A DNA stretch of 64,000 bases, taken from positions 32,001 to 96,000 of IMG/VR virus record IMGVR_UViG_3300031707_002715. One strand, 5' to 3'. This DNA comes from a virus. The notes beneath the pieces were generated by a model. The model had not been told where the DNA came from and searched no databases. It saw only the letters and a list, made by a program, of their open reading frames with translations. Positions within the stretch are counted from its first letter, which is position 1; every line of letters begins with the position of its first letter. Made by a program: the position numbers and the translations under genes. Positions 59,109-64,000 of this stretch are shown here, piece after piece.

Positions 59109-59325
59109 TGCGTCCTCCTGCACATAAGAATTTGAATTTAGCAATCTTGTCTTGCAATTCTAGTTTATTAGAATTCACAGGCAATTTCTTAATTTTAAGT
59201 TTATCTAAATATCTATTTGTTAACACAATCGCATTAGCTTGTTGAACTAGTGAACGTTCTCCGCGATTATTTAATTCATTAGCCATCGCAACTATCGCCG
59301 GTATAACTATGCGTCTCTTCGGCAT
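59098..59325 (-). CDS. Hypothetical protein (start uncertain, next to an IS junction)
   Basis: 75-aa ORF overlapping the tig start; weak RBS. Confidence 0.45.
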   Translation of the reverse strand: MPKRRIVIPAIVAMANELNNRGERSLVQQANAIVLTNRYLDKLKIKKLPVNSNKLELQDKIAKFKFLCAGGRNGD

Positions 59326-59394
59326 TTTCTCAATCTCAATAAATTGTTTCTAAAAGAATACTTTATTGGTACGACACCCAATTTTACAAGTTCT

Positions 59395-60533
59395 TTGAGC
59401 CTCTGCCGGGGATAAATCCCCGCAGATTCCTGACTGCAATCATGCTGCTGCATGTAGCACCTCGACGGTCGCTCCGACCGCAGCATTTAGAACATTAACG
59501 GCAGAATTTATATCTCTGTCGTTTTGTGCACCACAAGCACAGTTCCAGTGCCTTACCGAGAGTTGTGCGAGACCGCTTGGCCCGGTTAAGGCCCCGCAAG
59601 CCGAGCACATCCTCGTGGAGTTTTTTGACGGAATTTCTAAATACTTTCGACCGCACGAACTGCTTTTGTACGAAAGCATTTTTCTTAACTGGTAATGTCC
59701 AGAACTGGACACAGATTTACCGAATTTCTTGGCAATACTATTAATATTATCAGAGCTAAAAGCAATAAGAACATTTTCCTTGACAAGACGAAGTGACAGC
59801 TTGTGATTTCTATCATTGACGCGGCTTGCTCTGCGCTCAGAAAGTCTGGCGGCAAGTTGCTTATCATGGCCCCGCTGCGCTTGTCCTATCCGTTTTTCAA
59901 TAGCTTCCAGTTCCCTCGGATGTTCTATCTTTTCTCCGGTAGAGAGGGTCAACAGAGTTTTAAAACCGGGATCAATCCCTATCTGCCCATTACCGGTACA
60001 AGCTATTGGTTCTCTTTTCGCATCAATAAAAAGGCATAAGTACCAACCGGAAGCACGCTTGATTATGCGTCCGTTTTTAATAATTCCTTTAGGCAACTCC
60101 TGTTTGTGGTAGCGTATTTTACCGATACCAGGAATACTGATATGGTTTTCTTTTGGGGGATGAATGCGGTCTGGAAAGGATATGGAATTTAATTTGTTCC
60201 GCACACCTTTGAGGCGCGGTTTTCCACTAATCTTTTTAAAGCACCGCTGCCATGCCGTATAGACCTGAGACAAAACGCCTTGAATAGTGTGTGAAGGAAT
60301 TTCCAGTTTCTTTCCATGATCAGCGAGAAGATTTACAAAATCAAAAGCAGAAAAATATATTTTATCTTGTGCGTTAAGTTCTATTTTCCGTAATCCAAAA
60401 TTATAAATTGCCGTCAGATTCCACAACCAATTATCAAGCGTGGATTCCTGCTTTTTATTGAAGTGAAGTTTGAGGGCAGATGTTATCATGATTGCTGGTT
60501 AATATATCGTTGTATGGTTTGCCCGCAGACATT
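59395..60533 (-). mobile_element. 5'-truncated IS605-type element (tnpA remnant + tnpB + right end)
   Basis: Right end GAAT-CTGCGGGGATTTATCCCCGGCAG-AGGC-TCAA; tnpA tail NVCGQTIQRYINQQS* at 60533-60486; no left-end hairpin found. Confidence 0.75.
59440..60489 (-). CDS. tnpB: TnpB with atypical RuvC-II
   Basis: N-terminal HTH, IGIDPG, 'IAFSSDN' in place of I.IEDL, CSAC...CAC and DRDINSA. Confidence 0.88.
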   Translation of the reverse strand: MITSALKLHFNKKQESTLDNWLWNLTAIYNFGLRKIELNAQDKIYFSAFDFVNLLADHGKKLEIPSHTIQGVLSQVYTAWQRCFKKISGKPRLKGVRNKLNSISFPDRIHPPKENHISIPGIGKIRYHKQELPKGIIKNGRIIKRASGWYLCLFIDAKREPIACTGNGQIGIDPGFKTLLTLSTGEKIEHPRELEAIEKRIGQAQRGHDKQLAARLSERRASRVNDRNHKLSLRLVKENVLIAFSSDNINSIAKKFGKSVSSSGHYQLRKMLSYKSSSCGRKYLEIPSKNSTRMCSACGALTGPSGLAQLSVRHWNCACGAQNDRDINSAVNVLNAAVGATVEVLHAAA

Positions 60534-60702
60534 AGTGAGTTATAGAGTCAATTATGTGTGAAAAATTCTTTATGACGAAGTCCGCGACTTCATCTTCATT
60601 TATCTCTTCGTGCTTTTCCATTAAATACAAAAGGATACCCGCAGTCAAAATATCTTTAACTATTCCACTGTCAAACAATTGACCTCGTTCGTCTGTTGCC
60701 AT
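60532..60702 (-). CDS. Small hypothetical protein (56 aa; possibly truncated by the element)
   Basis: AAGGA RBS; MATDERGQLFDSGIVKDILTAGILLYLMEKHEEINEDEVADFVIKNFSHIIDSITH*. Confidence 0.55.
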   Translation of the reverse strand: MATDERGQLFDSGIVKDILTAGILLYLMEKHEEINEDEVADFVIKNFSHIIDSITH

Positions 60703-60805
60703 TTATGTTATCCTTTTCGTTAACAATGTTAACACAGACAAAATATTTAAATACAACATGTCTGAGTGATATATCGTACACATTTTTAGTTACTATTCGC
60801 CAATT

Positions 60806-62239
60806 CTATTCAGGGCTACTTTGACCTGTAATTTCAGCCATTATCTCGTCGTGCGGATTGTAATCGACATCATATTCTACTTTCATTACATCAAATTTTC
60901 GTTTCAGGAATAATGTAGGACCCCGACCGTCTCGATACTTGACGATCGACATTTTTAGCCACTGTGCTTCATCTGAAAATATACCCAACATAATATCTGA
61001 ATTTTGACCTAACCTATCAGAGCTCGCTGAATCCATAGCATCCATGTCTCTACCTTGTAAATGTCTCTTGTGACCTTCCCTGTTAATTTGGTTCGCATTT
61101 ATCACTGGCACGTCCAACTTTCTTCCCAATAATTTCAAATCCCAAGAGATAGCACCGACTGGATCATCGTCTTCTTTATTAGGCTTCATCAAATAAATAG
61201 GATCGACGATCACTAATTGAATTTTTTTACCACTTGATTTCTCAAAATTATTAATTCTAGATTCAATAAAACTCGCCTTACACATTGACGGTGCATCTAA
61301 AATTAAAAAAACATTTTCGCGCTTATCTCTTTCTTCCTTAATCTTTTGCTCAATATAAATCAATTCTTCGTCTGTCAATAAATCTGCATTTTTCATTTTA
61401 AAATAAGGTATACCGGTCATCCTCGAGTATAACCGCCTTTTTTGTTGCAATATCGGCATCTCGATTGTCACGTACATTACATTAGATCCAGTTTCCCAAG
61501 CCGCATATGCGAAATTCAATAACACGATAGACTTACCTTGTCCGGTCCTGCCCATGACTGTTATCAAATCGCCGCCCGTCCAGCCGCTAGTCGCTAACGT
61601 CAATGGCTCGATACCAGTGTCAATGCCTTTATACTTTTCTGGATTATTGTGCCTGTCTTTTATTAACGCAATATCTTCATCTATATTCTGGAATGCGTCT
61701 TCTTCAATTATCCTCTCACGAGTATTTTGATCATTTAATTGTTCTAATGTTACTTCTAACTTTCTTATTAATGGCGCAGCACTTACGTCTCTGGAGCCTT
61801 CTTTAATAGATCGAAGTTCGTTTAATATGCCTTGTGTGACGTCAAATATTTTTCTAATGTTAGATAAATTCTTTACGTCATCGATAATCGGTTCCAATTC
61901 TTGCTGCTCAAATTTCCTATTTAATATCTTTTCGAATAATGCTTTTGCATCAGCTATCGATTGCTCTTTTTTGTACTTCTTAACGATTTTTTGATTGACG
62001 AGATCAGTGGTTAAAGCTGAAGAATACGAATGATAATGTATCACTATTGCAGAGAATAACCAACCCCTAAAATCAGTCGTAAAACAATCAGGAGAAATAT
62101 TACTGTTTATAGCTTTTTCAATGTTACGATTAGCAGCTTGTTGATCGATCACATCGTGATTAATCAGACTTTTAAGTAATTTATTTTCGCCAGCTATAGA
62201 TGTAAATATCTTCTCAGACACGGTGACCCTTTTTCCCAT
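60806..62239 (-). CDS. dnaB: DnaB-like replicative helicase
   Basis: 'GIDTG', Walker A GRTGQGKS, 'YVTIEM', 'VIVDPIYLM', 'NQINR', 'QNSD' and 'IVKYRDG'. Confidence 0.92.
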   Translation of the reverse strand: MGKRVTVSEKIFTSIAGENKLLKSLINHDVIDQQAANRNIEKAINSNISPDCFTTDFRGWLFSAIVIHYHSYSSALTTDLVNQKIVKKYKKEQSIADAKALFEKILNRKFEQQELEPIIDDVKNLSNIRKIFDVTQGILNELRSIKEGSRDVSAAPLIRKLEVTLEQLNDQNTRERIIEEDAFQNIDEDIALIKDRHNNPEKYKGIDTGIEPLTLATSGWTGGDLITVMGRTGQGKSIVLLNFAYAAWETGSNVMYVTIEMPILQQKRRLYSRMTGIPYFKMKNADLLTDEELIYIEQKIKEERDKRENVFLILDAPSMCKASFIESRINNFEKSSGKKIQLVIVDPIYLMKPNKEDDDPVGAISWDLKLLGRKLDVPVINANQINREGHKRHLQGRDMDAMDSASSDRLGQNSDIMLGIFSDEAQWLKMSIVKYRDGRGPTLFLKRKFDVMKVEYDVDYNPHDEIMAEITGQSSPE

Positions 62240-62957
62240 TCATAGGTCGCTTCAACTGTTCAAGTAAGACTTTCGACTTTTCCTCTCGAATGTCAGAACC
62301 GACTATCCTAAGTTCAATCAAACTCGATTTCAATAACGTCACTAATGAGTCGTTAAAAATTGTCGATGATGCTGTAATGTCGTGCATAGATGTCAATATA
62401 GTACATTTCTTTTGATTGCAGCGCGTCACAAATAATTTATCTAAAAATTGTGTTGATTGATTAGTCTGTATATGATAATCGCGACCAATGTCATCAACTA
62501 CTAAAAAATCAACACTTGTCATGATGTATTGATATTTTAATTTTAGATTGTATTCTTTCCAACCTGACGTTATGAAGTCAACTAAATCAGTCATCGATAT
62601 AAAATAAACAGTAAATTTTTGTTCGATCGCTTTCTTTAATACGACGACGGCAGCCGTTGTCTTTGCTAAACCATGAGTACCCGATAAAAATAGCCCTGTA
62701 CCATTATCTTTTGCTTTTTCAAGATTTTCAAAATACAACGTAAAATTTTGAATAGACTCATCATTTGCGACATCGTTACTCCAAGTGTCAACTACATCAT
62801 TAAAAGTATAAGAATAATAATTAGCAGGAATATTAGCTAGGAGCATGTGCCGCTTGAGTTCATTATTTTCTTCTTTTAAGACGTGCCTGGTGCCGTCAAA
62901 CTCCGTCATCTCGTACATGCGAAAATAATGATCGAGGAATTTTCTGTGTTGATTCAT
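62214..62957 (-). CDS. DnaC/IstB-like AAA+ helicase loader
   Basis: 'ANIP..Y...TF', 'GLFLSGTHGLAKT', 'FLVVDDIG' and 'GSDIR'. Confidence 0.8.
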   Translation of the reverse strand: MNQHRKFLDHYFRMYEMTEFDGTRHVLKEENNELKRHMLLANIPANYYSYTFNDVVDTWSNDVANDESIQNFTLYFENLEKAKDNGTGLFLSGTHGLAKTTAAVVVLKKAIEQKFTVYFISMTDLVDFITSGWKEYNLKLKYQYIMTSVDFLVVDDIGRDYHIQTNQSTQFLDKLFVTRCNQKKCTILTSMHDITASSTIFNDSLVTLLKSSLIELRIVGSDIREEKSKVLLEQLKRPMNGKKGHRV

Positions 62958-62975
62958 AATGCATAATATACTTTT

Positions 62976-63890
62976 TTATTCGTTAGATTTCAACCAATTG
63001 TATCCATCGTAAATTTTATTTTCTCGCTGTTCGTCTCGTAACATTTTACAGCCTAATTTCCACAATCTGCGTAATTCATCAACATTATTATTAAGAAATT
63101 TTGCATAAACAGCATTACCGATTATGTTGCCGATCGCAAGTTTTATTGCGAACTGTTTTTCGCCAGATTGTTTTTGTTTTTCAGTGTCTCTTGTGACCTG
63201 TTCTTCATCAATATGGGGTTTATTTTTAGTTTCCACCGATATGCCTTCAGCCATCCTGACGACATATCTAAATCCTCGTAGTCCGGCTATCTTAAGGTTA
63301 TTATTATATTTGTAACAAACTTCTTTTAAAGTAATTTTATCGAAATTTGAGAGGTCCAATAAAAATTGAGCTATCGTACCAAGAGTAAAACGTTTATCTC
63401 GTTCTCGACAATGTTTTTGTATCAATTTAATCGTTTTAAGTAGCGAGTCGACTAATATATTATCAGGTTCAGAAATCACTAATTGAATCTTTTGCTTAAT
63501 CACTTCGTCAGATATCTCTCTTTGCTCTTCTTGCTGTTGTTCATTAGCAAAAACTGTCACTCTAATATTCCTAAGCTGATCATTTTCTGAAAATTCAGCA
63601 TTATCTTGTCTAATTTTTCGACCGTTTAATACATACGTTATTGAATCTTGCCGTTCTTTCTTAGTTATTAAATCACTGTCAACCAATTCTTTCCAAATGC
63701 TATGTGCATAAGCGATATTAATGCCTACAGATTTTCTCAGTGCTCTAGCGCTTCTAATATGCATATCATTATCATTAGTGCGAGCAAGATAAATCATTTT
63801 AAGAAGCACTTTAAACGCATCGCTACTTAATTCATCAATGTACTTTTCAAAAACAACTTTTTCGACTTCAAAGTAAGAGTTCATGATCAA
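62976..63890 (-). CDS. Putative replication initiator (N-terminal winged HTH)
   Basis: 'LSSDAFKVLL...LRKSVGI....WKELVDSDLI'; upstream of the loader and helicase. Confidence 0.55.
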   Translation of the reverse strand: MIMNSYFEVEKVVFEKYIDELSSDAFKVLLKMIYLARTNDNDMHIRSARALRKSVGINIAYAHSIWKELVDSDLITKKERQDSITYVLNGRKIRQDNAEFSENDQLRNIRVTVFANEQQQEEQREISDEVIKQKIQLVISEPDNILVDSLLKTIKLIQKHCRERDKRFTLGTIAQFLLDLSNFDKITLKEVCYKYNNNLKIAGLRGFRYVVRMAEGISVETKNKPHIDEEQVTRDTEKQKQSGEKQFAIKLAIGNIIGNAVYAKFLNNNVDELRRLWKLGCKMLRDEQRENKIYDGYNWLKSNE

Positions 63891-63922
63891 TTTTTAACAA
63901 AATTTTTCGTCAACTTTACAAT

Positions 63923-63950
63923 AAAAAGGCACTCAATTTCTTGAGCGCCT
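63923..63950 (-). terminator. Rho-independent terminator
   Basis: Minus strand AGGCGCTCAA-GAAA-TTGAGTGCCT-TTTT. Confidence 0.75.
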
Positions 63951-64000
63951 CTTTAATTTATAAAAAATAGCAATTTTTTATATCTTAGAATCTTCAGGCT

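Noticed and set aside
59326-59400. TAG readthrough or alternative genetic code suggested by an in-frame TAG upstream of ORF 59325
   Set aside because: Very long ORFs translate in the standard code and several genes end in TAG right before the next RBS; the site adjoins an IS junction.
52238-62239. Inteins or introns in ligase or helicase
   Set aside because: Both have normal length and continuous motifs.

Overview
This is an AT-rich segment of a large (jumbo-like) myophage genome, organised as two convergent arms. The plus arm (1-44996) is a contractile-tail module: sheath C-terminus, tube, three paralogous chaperone-like genes, tape measure, two tube-initiator-like paralogues, hub, spike, and gp25-, baseplate-J- and wedge-like proteins heavily decorated with Ig-like or host-adhesin-like domains. 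It also carries an FtsK-type ATPase, an IS607-derived tnpB and a small fibre cassette. The minus arm (45122-63890) holds early/middle genes: SPFH protein, an ARPP-like and TROVE-like/vWA pair, CCA-adding enzyme, DUF1848, NAD-dependent ligase, a precisely bounded IS605-type tnpA-tnpB insertion, PD-(D/E)XK nuclease, full-length trigger factor, a third tnpB with an atypical RuvC-II, DnaB helicase, helicase loader and a putative initiator. The most interesting candidates are the ARPP/TROVE-vWA/CCA putative RNA-repair counter-defence module, the FtsK inside the tail operon, the phage trigger factor, the left-end-less tnpB lacking the RuvC-II Glu, and the 10-domain ASH/choice-of-anchor-D virion protein. 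No CRISPR array, tRNA or rRNA was seen. All protein calls come from motif recognition by eye, not database searches.
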